DNA from: Mantamonas sphyraenae STR306
Lineage: Eukaryota; Protista; CRuMs
DNA: 64,000 nucleotides
Direction: 5' to 3'
Assembly: GCA_026936335.1 (NCBI GenBank)
Contig: JAPMXV010000045.1
Span: 186,001-250,000 of the forward strand
In this document: one piece after another, positions 46,277 to 60,000 of the stretch
How the letters are laid out: every line of letters begins with the position of its first letter
Position numbering within the stretch: the stretch's first letter is position 1
Position numbers and translations under genes: made by a program
Notes under the pieces: generated by a model
Seen by the model: the letters and a program-made list of their open reading frames with translations, nothing else
What the model was told of the DNA's origin: nothing
Database searches by the model: none

Positions 46277-47404
46277 ATGGAAACCGAGGAGGCAGCTGTG
46301 CAGGTGGCGAAGGAGGAGGAGGAAGGAGAGCAGAAGGTGATGGAGGAAGAGGAGGAAGACAGCGACGAGGACCAGGATGCCATGGAACGCCTGTATGCAG
46401 AACTGTACTACGGGGACGCGGAAAAGGTGCTTGCCGCAGACGAGGATCTGCATCTGGAGGATCTCGGGGATGAGGACGACGACGAGGGCGATGAGGAGGA
46501 CGCATCGGAAGACGATGCATCGCTGTCACCAAACGAAAACGAGGGCGACGAGCTGGGAGGGAGCAACGTAGGTTGAGGAAAGCGGGGGGTGAGTGGGAGT
46601 GGCGGTGCATTGGCGCGGAAAGACGTCGGCTGACAGCGGGGGCGAGGCTGACACAAATGGGGATTGCACGAATTGGAACAGCGGTACTTCCAAACGCCCG
46701 AAGCGACGGGACCCAAGTGTTTCAAGTGCAACGAGCGGGGCCACATTGCACGAGAGTGCCCGAACGAAGGGGTGTTCTCGCCTTGCCATCTGTGCGGGAA
46801 AACGGACCATGCGTCGCGAGACTGCCCCGCACGTGTGTGCAATCGGTGCCAGCAGCCGGGCCACTTGGCACGAGAGTGCAACGCGTGGCACTCGTCGCGC
46901 AAGTGCTTCACATGCGGACAGGCGGGCCACAGCGCGCGCGACTGCACGTCTGCCGACCACACACAGGAGGTGGGTGCAGGCAGCAAGGCACAGCAGAAGT
47001 ATATTATTGGCTACGACGAACGCAAGGAGTTTTCGCTGTTTGAACACCCGGAATACGACTCACGGAGGCGGAAGGACGACACGGACGTGTGGTGTGCACA
47101 GTGTGCTGGCCAGGGCCACTTTGCATGGGAATGCAGAGCATCCAGCAGCGGCGGCAGCAGCAACGGCTATGGAGGAGGCTATGGAGGACGCAATTCGTAT
47201 GCACAGGTTGCCTCGAGTCGGCAGGGAGTCGGGTATCGCTCCCGTCGGCGCGGAGGCGCAGGCGGCGGAGGCCATCACAGACGCCGCTCGTCTGGAGGCG
47301 GAAGCGGCGGCGGTGGCGGTGGCGGTGGCTATCAGGGACAACGAACACACGGAAGAAGCCAAGGAGGAGGTGGCAGACGTGTGCAACGTCGCAATGCATG
47401 GTAA
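46277..47404 (+). CDS. Air1/Air2 (ZCCHC7)-like protein with five CCHC zinc knuckles
   Basis: Acidic exon 1 (to ~46567, donor gtaggt) joins exon 2 at 46682 (RYF). Four adjacent CX2CX4HX4C knuckles, a linker, a fifth knuckle (WCAQCAGQGHFAWEC) and an RG-rich tail, which is the layout of TRAMP Air proteins. Confidence 0.75.
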
Positions 47405-48076
47405 CCGTGCGCCCAAAGGCCCACGCTTTCCTTGACCCCAAAAACAACGCCCGATGGTGGCCATTTGCCATGGCACCGTGCGTGCCATTCTTGTATTTTT
47501 AACGCTGCTTGTCTGTAGGTGGACGCACGCGGTGATCTTGCACACAGGGTGGATGCTCCCATTCCCGGTGCAAGGAGTGCGCGGAATGCCAAAGCGAGGA
47601 CCTCGCACATAATTGAGCATTGACACCGGCGCAACAAAAACGGCCCACAACGCACAGTGACAGCTGCCCAGGCACACGCAGCACAGAGTGCACTCATTTT
47701 GCACAACGAGGCACGCTTCCAACATGGACAGATCTTTGGTCTGACCAGCAGCAGTGAGTTGCGGGCGAAGTAGACTTCAGGCGCGGCAAGAGAGCCTGAG
47801 GGCGGAGCCCGTCCCTTGCTCTCCTGCCGCTTTCTTGCGTGCGACACTCGTCGTCCAAACCTCTGTGTCCAATGACTGTATATGCACCATTGGTTGCGAA
47901 TGGGGTGCTTTTGATGGCCTTTTCGTCCCTACAAGACGAGGGGTTTGGCCCTAAAAGATTGCCAGGCTGCAAAGAGCGGAGTTGGCCGCGCGGTTGAATG
48001 GTTCCCGCGCAGCTCCTTAGCACGACTCTGACACACACATGCATCACAACACTCTGTATACACCCGCATTCCTCTG

Positions 48077-51000
48077 TTGACAGCACAAACGTACGAGACG
48101 CGTGACTATCTGTTCAGCTACACGATGTGGCTCAAGGTGGAGGATGCGGATAGCCGCGGCGTCATTTTCGACCGCTATTATTGGTCGCAGCTCAACAGTG
48201 AGCCGTACAAACCGGAAAACCCCAACAATCTTAATGCTGCCAACATGCAGACTCGTATTCGCATGACGGCCACGATGGCCGAAGGCACTGCAACAGTCAC
48301 CTGGCGTCTGCAAGCAGCCGTGGACCAGATTACCTGCACCGTGCCGACGTTTGGCTCGACCCAATGGCACCACTATGTGTTTCAACGTCACCGTGCCACT
48401 GGGTTACGCATCATCCGCGACGGGGTGGTTGTTTGCGACGCTCGACACTTGATCGAGCAGGTTACTGCAAATCCCGATGGCCTCAACTACCTGTTCTACT
48501 TTGGTCTGAACTTCCGAGCGGGCAGGACAGGTGACGTCATTGCAATTGGTGCGCCGTACGCAGATTCGGCCCCCAACGGCGTGGATCCCGGTGTGGCAGC
48601 CACGTCCAAGTGGGCAGCACGAGCTCTTCTCGACGATTTCACGTACTGGAACATCCCTCTCACCGTGAAGCAGGTGAACCAGTTTTTCTTTCTGCAAGGA
48701 CAGGCCTCGACGCCGCCTGCGTGGCATCCAAATCTCATCGCCTACTTTCCGATGGACTCCTTCGTGGGCGCATCCAAAATCACCACTGACCAAAAGGGAG
48801 GCCCCAGCATTCAACAAAAGGAGGCCAACAACTTTGGAACCGCCTTCGGAGTCACAGCCGACGTGGAAGCAGCAGGGCGATCCATGCTCGACACAAACGC
48901 CTTGGGGCTGAGTGGCCTTACCACAGGCAACAATCATCTGCAGCTCGCACAAGCGCAGAACCTGGGGTGTCAACTGCCTTCCAATCTCACCTTTCCCTTT
49001 ACGCTTGAGTTGATGATGAAACCAACACTTGCTTCAGGCGACCAGCTCGCTGCAACTGTGCAGCTCGCACCGAATTTGGCCAACCCCACAGCGTACCAAA
49101 CATGGAACACGACAGTGATGCACAACAACCCACTCAACACGCGCCTGTTCACGTACAAGGGAGACAATCTGGAGGTGCATGTGACCCTCAATCAGACACG
49201 AGTGGTCTACACGTCGCTGGTCCCGCCATTGCCGGCAGAATACTTCGACAGCGGTCCCATGGGTGAGAACATCCTGGACCTGCAGGTGTATGTGCTCAAC
49301 AAGCATACGGGCGCAAACTACGTGGTGTCGTCGTACCGAGAGAATATCGGCCTGACCGGTGTATGGAAGATGGTGTCGATTGTGGCGGGTGCAAACCTCG
49401 ACGCTGGGGCTCAGGTGTACATCGATGGCGATATAATTGAGTCGCAGTTGGCTGTCAATGTGACCGGATGGGGGTTGCCCACGGGTTTCCCGTCTGGCTA
49501 CAGCACTGTGTTTGGCAGCTACCAGTTGACGCGCACGGACAATCACTATATCGGTGCCATCGACGAGTTCCGTATCTGGAACAAGGCGTTGAGTTTGACG
49601 GAGCTCCACTCGACCATGAACGTGAAGATTGCGGGCGTCAGCCCATCGCTCTTTGCCCACCTCAACATGGACAACCTGGCAAGTGGCACCTATCTGTTTG
49701 ACACAGACAGCAGTGCCAACTACACATGCCAATTGGGTGTGGGAGGCTTCGGCAAACCGAGTCTGGTCACGACCAATTCGCTGTCAAGTCCGCTCTTTGG
49801 ATCTCGCACACCCAACAACCTCGTGGCCAGTGTGAGCAGCCTCAACGCACCCTGTGGCCCATCCTACTTCACTGTTACGTTTTCGAGCACCCAGCTGACA
49901 GACGGATCCGTTCGCATTGCGTTCGCACCGCGAGGCCAGTGTCCACTCAACGCGGTCCGCACGGGCGAAGCAACCTATCTGGGCAACACAACCATGCTGG
50001 TAAACATTGCAGGCTCCATTTTCGATGCACAGCTGTGTATGTCGATCGACGGAGCCAGCACGTGGCAGAACATGGAGCCGTTCCGCCTCAGCATCCCGGG
50101 CCTGAGTGCAGCCAACTCGACCACATCGCGCACCCTGCCCTCGTCAATCGTGGCTGGCACTACCTTGCGTGAGTATGTGTTTGTGCACGACTTGTCGGGC
50201 AATCTGTCGCCAGGATGCGGCAACAGCGAGAACGTAACCTGCACCATCAGCAATGCGCTGGACTACCAGCATGTCGTCATTGGCACACGTGTCAACTTGA
50301 CTACGTACGAATGCGCCTTTGTGCCCACACGCAGTGGTGCGCAAAAGGTACGCGCTTTCCTCAACACCGGGCTTGTCGGCAACATCGTCACGGATGTGAC
50401 TGTGTTGCCTGCGCCCCTCCATCTGCCCTCTTGCACCATCTCTGGCCTGCGTGACTATGCAAAGCACAACCAGGTGTTGCTGGACATTGTGGCACGCGAC
50501 CGCTTCGGAAACTTGCGTCCGAAGGGGGACGATGCCGCAGAGATGGTGGCACATGTGGGCGCTCTAATCACGGGTCCCTATGCCTTCAACGCCTCTGTTG
50601 TGTTCCCTGGCGGTAGTTCCGACTATGGTGTGTCCATGAACTTCAGCATGGCTGGAGCGTTTCAGCTTCGTGTCGTCAACATCAGTGATCCGACGGTGCA
50701 GCTTCAAAACGGCGCTGTGTACAACGTTACCGTCCTAGGTGCTGCTAACATGACCCATATTGCCCCACCGCTGGGTTTGGTCAGTGGCGGCACACGGGTC
50801 ACGGTGTATGGCAACAACTTTGTCAACAACCCAAGCGCGCTCACGCTTGCTTTCACGCTGGAAAGCAGGCGATGCAGCAGTGTTGAGTATCTCAGCAGGA
50901 CTGCGTTTGTGTGTGTGACTCCTGCCATGGGCAGTGCGGGGTCGTTCAGTGTTTCCGTAACCAACAACGGATTCATCAACGTGGCGGCAGGAAACGGAAC

Positions 51001-54000
51001 CGTGACATTCACCTCTTACAACACAGAGGGTCTGACAACATTCACGCCTGTTTCTGGCGCGACGTACGGCGGTGTCACGGTGACTCTGACTGGTACAGGA
51101 TTTCTGGGAGTCCCCGAGGCCAAATGTCGCTTCGGAACGCGCCTAGCAACCACCACGACGGTGGTCTCGTCCACGCGTGTACTGTGCGTCTCTCCAGAGC
51201 AAGATGTTGGCCTTTACAACATCCAGTTTGCCAACAACGGCCAGCAGTATGCCACGGCGACTGATCGACAGTACACGGTTGTGGAGCCCTTCAGCCAACA
51301 ATGTCGCACAAGCGGGGAACTCGAGGCCGGTGTTCAGGAGCGCCTTCGTCTTAATCTGCCCTATTTGCCGAATTTGGCAGTGCTGCAACCGCAGAACGGG
51401 ACTGGGACGACCACAGGAACGACAACTGCGAACAACGTGACACAACTGTTTGACGCAGACCGATGCTGCCTCAAGACGGCCACGAACGAGGGATTCAAGT
51501 GTGGCGTGCAATTCAACGCCACTGCGGGTGATGTTGTTGCGCAGATCAACCTTCCTGCCAAGGCCTGGGTCAACGAGATTGTCACTGCCTGGTACGACCC
51601 GTGCACCAACCAGCCCGTGGAGTACTTTCTTGAACAGGAAACCAACGGCACGTGGAGCAATGTGGTCACACGTATCACCAAGTTCACCAACAGCGCCAGC
51701 AATGTGACGGCTGCCACGTGCTCCGCCATTCCATCCGACTCGGGTAGCGTCTCCCTTTGCTTCGACTGGCTTGCTACAGAGGTGTACAGCGACAAATTCC
51801 GCGTGCGCTTCAACAGCTCGCAGCTCACAGACAGTGCAGGCTGGTTGTTTGAGTTTGAGGTCCACGGCATCCTGGAAACCAAATCGTTTGGCTTGGCCAC
51901 TGACGTTGTTCAGCAGAATTCGAGTCTGGTCAGCGACGACCGCGTAGCTGTGCCGCCTGTGGATGTTCTGGGCACCAACTACAAGAATCTCAGCATCTAC
52001 AACGACGCGGTGGACATCAGCAGCATCGCAGTTCGTGTATACACATCCGCAGGTGTGGATGTGACCGCAACGAATCTTACAGGCATTTCCAGCACATCAG
52101 AACGCAGCTCCGGCCAATTTCGATTCAACACTCTGCGATTGCTATACCCCTTGGCCGACACGTACACATTTGTGTACACATCCAACAACAATCTGACAAC
52201 GTCGTTTGCCTTCAATGTGACGTCTGGCGTGGCGACACGACTTGTGTGCACACCAATGCTGCTGAACATCTCCAGCGATCACACAGTAGCCCTGTCCACC
52301 CTCAACGTGACAGTGAGCGACGCAGCTGGCAATCTGTTGCTGGGAGCGCTGACGGTGAACAACGCCACCGTGAACCGCACGATCTCTCTGAACACCACTC
52401 ACCTGCTGCAAGCCAGCAACTGGGGCTCTGGTGTGGTGGCAGGTACCTTCAACAAGACCACAGAGCTTGGATTCGCCGAGTTTACAGACCTTGTGCTCAC
52501 TCGGCCGAAATCGGACGGAATCACGCGTGTGCTGCGCTTTGAAACGTCGGGGCTGACGCCAATCGACGTTCCTGTGTACGTAGGCGTGGGAGAACCCCGA
52601 TCACTGCATGCCAGTATTCAGGGCACAACGTACAACAGCGAGGTTGCTCTTTTGTTGAACCCGGTGTTGGTGGAACTGCGCGACGCATCTGGCTCGCTGG
52701 TGGTCAAGCCAGGGTTCCGCGTCAACGCAACTGCGTCCGCGGGATACACACTGAGTGGCAACGACAGCAGCGTGGCCCAGGGCAACGATGTCTTTGTCCA
52801 TTTCGACGGCAACCTTGTGCTGGTGAAGCCCAAGGTTGGCTTGGTGACCATCACCTTCACAGCTGCAGGCGCTACATCGTCCAATGTGACAGTAAGCATT
52901 TCCACGGGTGTTGTGGCGCAGCTGGTCGTGTCCATGGCCCAACGCACATACGCCAGTGTCGATATTGTGCAATTGGACACAGCTGTGGTCACGGTGCTGG
53001 ATCCCTCGGACAATGTTATTCCCAACATTGCATCCGATGTGGTGGTGAACAGCACGACGGTGGTCATGAACAACGTGCACGCAACAGTTGTTGGTGGAAA
53101 CGCCACTCTGTCGCAACTCACTGTGCTGGCGCCCACAGCGGCAGAGCACGTGCTCACGTTCCACCTGTTCCACCTGCGCACCAACGTCAGCATCAATGTG
53201 ACCGTGGGTCCACCGCGCACCTTTTTCGTGGTTCACCCATCCAACTTCCAGTTGACGGCCAACACGGCGCAAACCACATTGCTGGCCAACATCACGCTTC
53301 GCATGCGCGATGCTGGCCGCAATTTGTTGTCCGTGGGGGCGTCCAATACGACTGTGCAGACAGGCAATGTCACCCTGCTTCAAGGCAGCACGGTGCGAAG
53401 CGATCTGCTACGCACGTTGGGCTCAACGGTGAACAGCACCAGCGGCCAGATTCTCTTTGACCAATTGGCGTTGATACGCCCTCCTGTCGGCACATACACT
53501 CTGCGCGTCTCTGTCCTTGGTCTGCAGCCGGAAGGCCAAACCACAATCGAGCTCACGATGCAGTCGGGCACTCCTGCGGCGCTGAATGCATCGGCCGCGT
53601 CGCCTGCTGTGTTCCAGGCTGCCCTCAAGGTCGTCTTTGCGGTCGATGTGCAACTCGTGGACATCCTTGGCTCGCTGGTGATTCCGTCGCTGTACACGAC
53701 CACGCAACTGGAATTCAACAGCAGCACTCCGACAGGGCTCGGTTTGCAATCTGGCCAACGCATTACGGTTAACTCCACGAGCCGGGTGGCCCGCTTTGAC
53801 AACATCACTGTGGTACGGCCGCTCTCTGGCACGTACGAGGTGCTCTTTCGAGCGCCTTTCCAACCAGCGCTCACGCCAGTCAAAGTCACTGTGCGCGTGG
53901 TTGAAGGCGTCCCGTACGACATGGAAATTATCAGTGCTGCGCAGGCTCCTGTGCGCACTCAAGCAAGCAGCCCGTTGGCGGACATCCAAGTGCGCATCCG

Positions 54001-57000
54001 CGATCCCTCGGCACAGCCGGTGGTCTTGACCAACGTCACTGTTCACGTGTACCTGCGTGCGCTGAACATTGCGTCGGGTTCCAGTTCTATGGCTACACTC
54101 ACCGGGCCATCGATGGCTGTGAGCGCCAATGGAGTGGCGACTTTCTCTGGCTTGGCCCTCCAGCAACCCCCCAATGGCACGTACGCTTTGGATTTTGTCA
54201 GTACGGGTCTGTTCAACGTCACCCAGACGGTGACTGTGCTGCGAGGTGACGCTGTCCGTTTTGAGACGCAGTTTGGCAGCACCGTGCCCTCTGTGAACAG
54301 TTCCACTGTGACTACGCTGCCCACATTCACCCTCGTTGGCTTTGACGCAGCCAATCTGCGCACCGATGCAGCACAGCTTGCCAACGTCGATGTGCAAGTG
54401 CAACTGCTGAACAGCACCGGGACGCAGCTCAGCGGCGTCACCACACGTACCTTTGATGGCGCTGCCGACTCACTCTCCTTCCCATCATTGACCTTTGCCT
54501 CGCCACAAGTGGGCCGTTACGTGCTGCGCTTCAATAGCAGCAACCAGCTCACGATATCTGCGTCCATCGACGTCCAGATCGGTCAGCCCGTGCGCCTGGT
54601 CCTCGCGCAACCACAGGCACTTGCGAATCTGCAGTACCCGTCGGAGGTCTCTGTGTTGGTACGCAGCGTGGGTGTGGAGCTGCGCGATGCCGGTGGTGCT
54701 TTCACCGGCGCTCTGGATGGTGCGGCCCGCACAGTGGCGGCCAATGTCAGCGCATTGCATGCCAATGTTTTGTCTGGGACTACACAGGTGCAAATGATCA
54801 ACAGCAACGCCACGTTGGACAACTTGCGTCTCTTGCGCCCTGTTGCTGGCACCGTGTACACGTTCTCGCTCAGCTCCGCTGGGCTGCTGGGCGTCTCTTT
54901 CAACGTCACCATTGTGTCTGGCCCTGCACACAGCATGGTCTTTGTGAGCAACAGCAGTGCTCTGGCATACGCAAGCAAGGCTACGCAGCAGCTGGCCAGC
55001 TGGACGCTTCATGCACGCGACGCTGGTGGCAGTTTCACCACGGTCACAGCTGACACCGCTCCCGTCAGTCTCTCCGTGCTGAATGGCACCGAGACGATGA
55101 TCGCGGGCCTCCGAACGCGCAACTTTGCCAACGGCGAGGTTGTATTCTCCATGCTGCAGCTGATCCGTCCCACTGCAGGCACGTACTCGCTGTCGTTTGC
55201 CTGCTCCGGTTTGGCAAACGTTACCGTGGCCTTGGTTGTTTCTGTGGGGCCCGCTGTGCGTGTGCAGTACTTGGGTGGTGAGATTGTGCGTGCCACCGTG
55301 CCCACCGTCATCCTCCCGCCCATCGAGCTGGGGCTCCTCGACGGAGGCGATAATGTTGTCGGCGCCTTCGATACCCTTTCTCCTCGCTCTGCCAACCTTA
55401 CGTCTACCAACGCCTCGTCTCTGGATGTTCTGTCGGGAACCAGGCAGCGTAGCATGGTCCAGGGCAACGTCAGCTTTGCGGATCTGACCGCTGCGTCGCC
55501 CTTGCCCGGTGTGTACATTCTTCGTGCATCTGTGGATGGCGTTCAGGGTGTAGACGTCACCTTGCGCATCACCAAGGGCCCTGCCTATTCCTTGGAGGCC
55601 TCTTGGGTGGCAGGGATGGCCACGGTGCTGCCTACGGTGGCGTCTGTGAGCGTGCCTCCTGTCGCGGTGATCACGTTGGACAGCAGCAACACCACGTTGG
55701 GTGCATCCGACACGCAGACGCGCACTGTGTACGTGCGTTTGGCTCCCCCTGCGCAGAGCAATCTGCTGTCCGGTACCACGGAGTACGCCATGGTCAACGG
55801 CGCAGTGACGGTGAACAACGTGCGGCTGCTGGCTCCCACGCCCGGTACTTACACGCTTCTCATCGAAAGCAACGGCCTGCACAACACATCCGTACATCAG
55901 AGTATAACCATTGGGCCGCCAGTGTCCATGCGGCTGCATAGCACCGCCAACATGACGGTGGCTTCTGAAACCTCCTCACCATTTGGTCCAGTGGTGCTGC
56001 GCCTGTACGATGCAAGCAACACGCTGGCCACAACCGCCAACGGAGTGCGTGTGGTCCCCTCTGTGGCCGCTCCCTACTCGCTGCAGGACGTCACCGCTAA
56101 GCTGAGCGTCAATGGTTCCGTAACCATGGATACATTGGCGCTGCGTAGCCCTACACACGGCCAACTGTATGTCAACTTCACCTGCGTCGACCTGACTCAC
56201 ATTGCAACCGTGACAACCAATGTCACTGTGCAGCAAGGCTCCGCGCGCACTATGGTTGCGTCGACACTGCGCCACAGCTACGAGTCGCGCGTTGCATCGG
56301 CCCTGTCCGAACCGGTTTCTATCGAGACACGCGATGCCAGCGGCGCCTTTACGACCCTTGCTGCATGTGCAAACGTAACAGTGTCTCTGCAAGGTGCTTC
56401 CGTGGCTCTCAATGGCACGCTGACGCGACCAGTGTGCAACGGCCGCGTAAACTTTACCGACCTGGTTCTCACACGTCCCAAGGCCTCCGTGGGCACGTAC
56501 ACTCTCGTGTTTACGAGTTCCTCGCTGTCCACGACCACCTTGGACATCACCATCACCGTGGGTCCTGCACACTCTATGCGTGTGACCACCACCCGCACAG
56601 TGTATCCAACCACTGTCGACACACGCATCACCACTCCCATCACGGCATCGTTGTACGACGCAGGCGGATCATTTGTGCACACAAAGGACACGGGTCACAC
56701 CGTGCGCGTGTCGTCGTCATCTCCGCTCCTGGCTGGCGTCGTCCAGGCAAATACGACCAATGGCACGGTGTCGTTTGAGGGTCTGACGCTCGGCACAGCC
56801 CCACGCGGTCTGTACCAGCTGGATTTTAGCAGTACGGGTCTGCTGGGCGACAGCATCACCCTTACGGTTGTCGTGGGTCAGGCCACGCGCTTTGAGGTGA
56901 CCAACACGTCGCTCAACGCCACCTGCGATGTCGACGCCGTCGTCCCGCTGTTCCAGATTCGTGTTGTCGATGCTGCTGGTGTGCCTTTGTTGCTCGCCGA

Positions 57001-60000
57001 CGCCCAGCAGCGCCAGTTTGTGCTTGCTGTGGTCCAAAGCGCTGGCGGCGTAGCCACCGTTCTGGACAGCGGCCGTCTCGACTACGCCTCCGCCGTGACG
57101 GTGAATGGAGCCCAAGGGAGCAATCTTGTCATGCAGGCCGGTGTCCTGGCTGTCCAGACCCTGCGTCTGCAGCGTCCGCGTGTTGGTCTGCACGTTCTGC
57201 AGTTCCGCGGCTTGGCAGGTGACCTGCAGCCTGTGCGTGTCACTGTTCTAGTCAACCCGGGCAATCCCACACGTTTGGCTGTGGCTGATCCCACCGGTGC
57301 ACGTGCGGTAGCCTACCCAGGCGACAAGACCCAGCGCACTCCTCTGGGTGCCGTCTCCCTCACCGTCGTCGATGCCGGAGGCAATGTCAACGCTGCCAAT
57401 CGCACCACGCGCACCTACTCTGTGGCTGCCGTGTCCCAGGCCGGCACAGCTGCGTCTGCCGTGGTGGCCAAGAACACAGTGTCCCCTGTGCTTGAGGGCA
57501 CCCTGCAACTCACAAGTGCCACCGGCACCGCCACCTTTGCCGATCTCAAGACAGGGAGCCGCGTGGGTACGTACACATTCCGCTTCTCAGCCACTCAGCT
57601 CATTCCTGTCGACTTGTCGGTCACGGTGCGTGAGGGTCCGCCGGGCAAGATTGGCATCCAGCGCAACGCCTCGGCCGAGTACGACAACAAGTTGCCCATG
57701 CCCGTGCAGCCTGTGCTGAGTGTGTTTGACGACGCAGGAAACGCCTACAACGGCACCATTGTGGTCGTTGTGCAGATTGCCGTCGTCGACCCGGTCTCAG
57801 GAACCACCGTCAACAGCCTGCTGGATGTGGCTTCCTCCGACAGCACGGGCGTCGTCCGCTTCACGGCGTTTCAGTTTACAGGCGTGTATGGCTCCACGTA
57901 CAACCTGCGCTACACGGCCACCTACGCCGTCCAAGGCGGTACGACAGTGCTTGTGGACACCATTGAGCTGCCCAGGGCAGTGCGTGTGCGCACCTGTGGC
58001 GAGGTCTTTACCAACCGCGTGCCCAACCCAGACAGTGGTGGCACGACGTGCATTTGCGCACCGGGCTCTGCCCTCAACACAGACACGGACACCTGTGTGC
58101 TGTGTCCCGTTCGCCAGTACCAGCAGAAGAGTGGCCAGGTCCAGTGCGAAGCCTGCCCGGACAACTCCGACACAGGGCTCCTCACAGGTGCCGCCTCTCC
58201 CTCCCAGTGCGAATGTTCCACAGGCTTCTACGAACGAGGCGTCAACGCAAAGGGCGAACGCAACTGCACTTCCTGCGAGGCCGGCGCAAACTGCATCAAG
58301 GGCCAGGGCATCGTGCCCCAGGCCGGCTTCTACCGAGGCGCAGGCTCAAACACCTTTATCGAATGCCCCAACAAGGCCGCTTGCACCGGTGGCGTCAACG
58401 CAACCTGTGCTGCAGGCTACACCGGACCCCTGTGTGCCGTGTGTGCGGAAGGTTACGGCCGCTTTGGCAATTTCTGCGCACAGTGTGGTGATCAGGGCCT
58501 CAACATTTTCCTGACCATCCTCTTCCTTGTGGCCGCCCTGACCATTCTGGGTTTCATGGTGGCGACAAGCAGTGGCGCAAAGAGCGACTTGAGCATTGTG
58601 GTCAAGATCATGCTCAATTACCTCCAGGTCATTGCCTTTATCGGCGACTTCCAATTGACTTGGCCCGGTCCGGTCACAGACATGTACCAGAGCTCGTCGT
58701 TGTCCCTGTTCAACCTGCAAATCCACCCTGTGGATTGCACCTTTGGCGGCATCGGCTTCTTTGACATCTTTCTCACCTACATGCTTCTGCCCGTTGTTGT
58801 GCTCTCTGTACCCATCCTTTGCCTCACCATTGCCTTCCTTGCCGTTCGCTACTATGTCCGCGAAGACCCTGAACGGCGCATGAAGTACTGGATGCGCGAC
58901 AGCGCCTCGGGTCTCGTCATCGACGACGACGACGACGACGAAATGATGATGGCTGCCCGTACAGGCATGCCTCGTTTCCTCAGCAAAGACAGCGATAGCA
59001 ACGATCAGCCCGCCGATGACAAGCCCAAGAAGGAAAAGAAGGACAAGGACGGCGAGGCCGAGGACGAAGAAGACGACGACGACGAGGAAGACAGTGGGCC
59101 ACGCCAACGCACGAGGAGCCAGCATGTGCCCAAGTTTGAGCGCATCCTCCGTGCAGGCGGTGTTCGCTTGACGACGGAGCAAAAGCTGGAGAAGGCCGAG
59201 GGCAAGATGAAGCAGTGGTTCAAGGACATCTACGCAGTGATGGTGCTGGTGACCCTGTGTTTGGCACACCCAGTCATCTCCAAGGTTGTGTTCCAGATGT
59301 TCAACTGCATCACCATTCCGGGCGAGGGAACCTTTCTCATCTCCGACATGCGTGTGTCCTGCGACAGTGACGAGTACCTCTTCTGGCGCAACAGCTTTGG
59401 TTACATCATGATGTTTGGCTACAGCATCGGCATGCTCTTTGTCGGCTTTGGCATCCTCTTCCGCCACCGCAAGAACCTCAACGAGCCCGAGGTGCAGAAC
59501 AAGTACCGCTTCCTCTACGACGGTTACGCGGGCAAGCGCTTCTACTGGGAGGTTGTCATTATGACCCGAAAGCTCATTGTGGTCGCCATCATTGTCTCGC
59601 TGCGCACACAGCCCCTGACCCAGCTCTATGCAGGCTCCTGGATGGTCCTTGGCGCACTCATCATCCACCTCTACGCCCGCCCCTTTGTCAACCAGAAGAA
59701 CACAAACCTGGAAACCCTCTCGCTGACTGTCACCGTGGCCACCCTCATGAACGGCATGCTGTACTTCAGCGACGAGCTCGACGACGACACGCGCAACCTG
59801 CTCACTGTCGTCGTCATCCTCCTCAACGTCGGTACCATTGTTGTTTTCGGCGCCGTCCTCATCCAAAACTTCATTGCCATCACCAAGCGCCAGGCAGCCG
59901 TCCTCAAGATGCAGGAGCTGGTCCGTCAGCAGTATCTGGATTACAAGAAGGCCCAGATGGAACAGGAGCGTCTCCGTCGCCTCGCCGCAGAGAACGGCGA

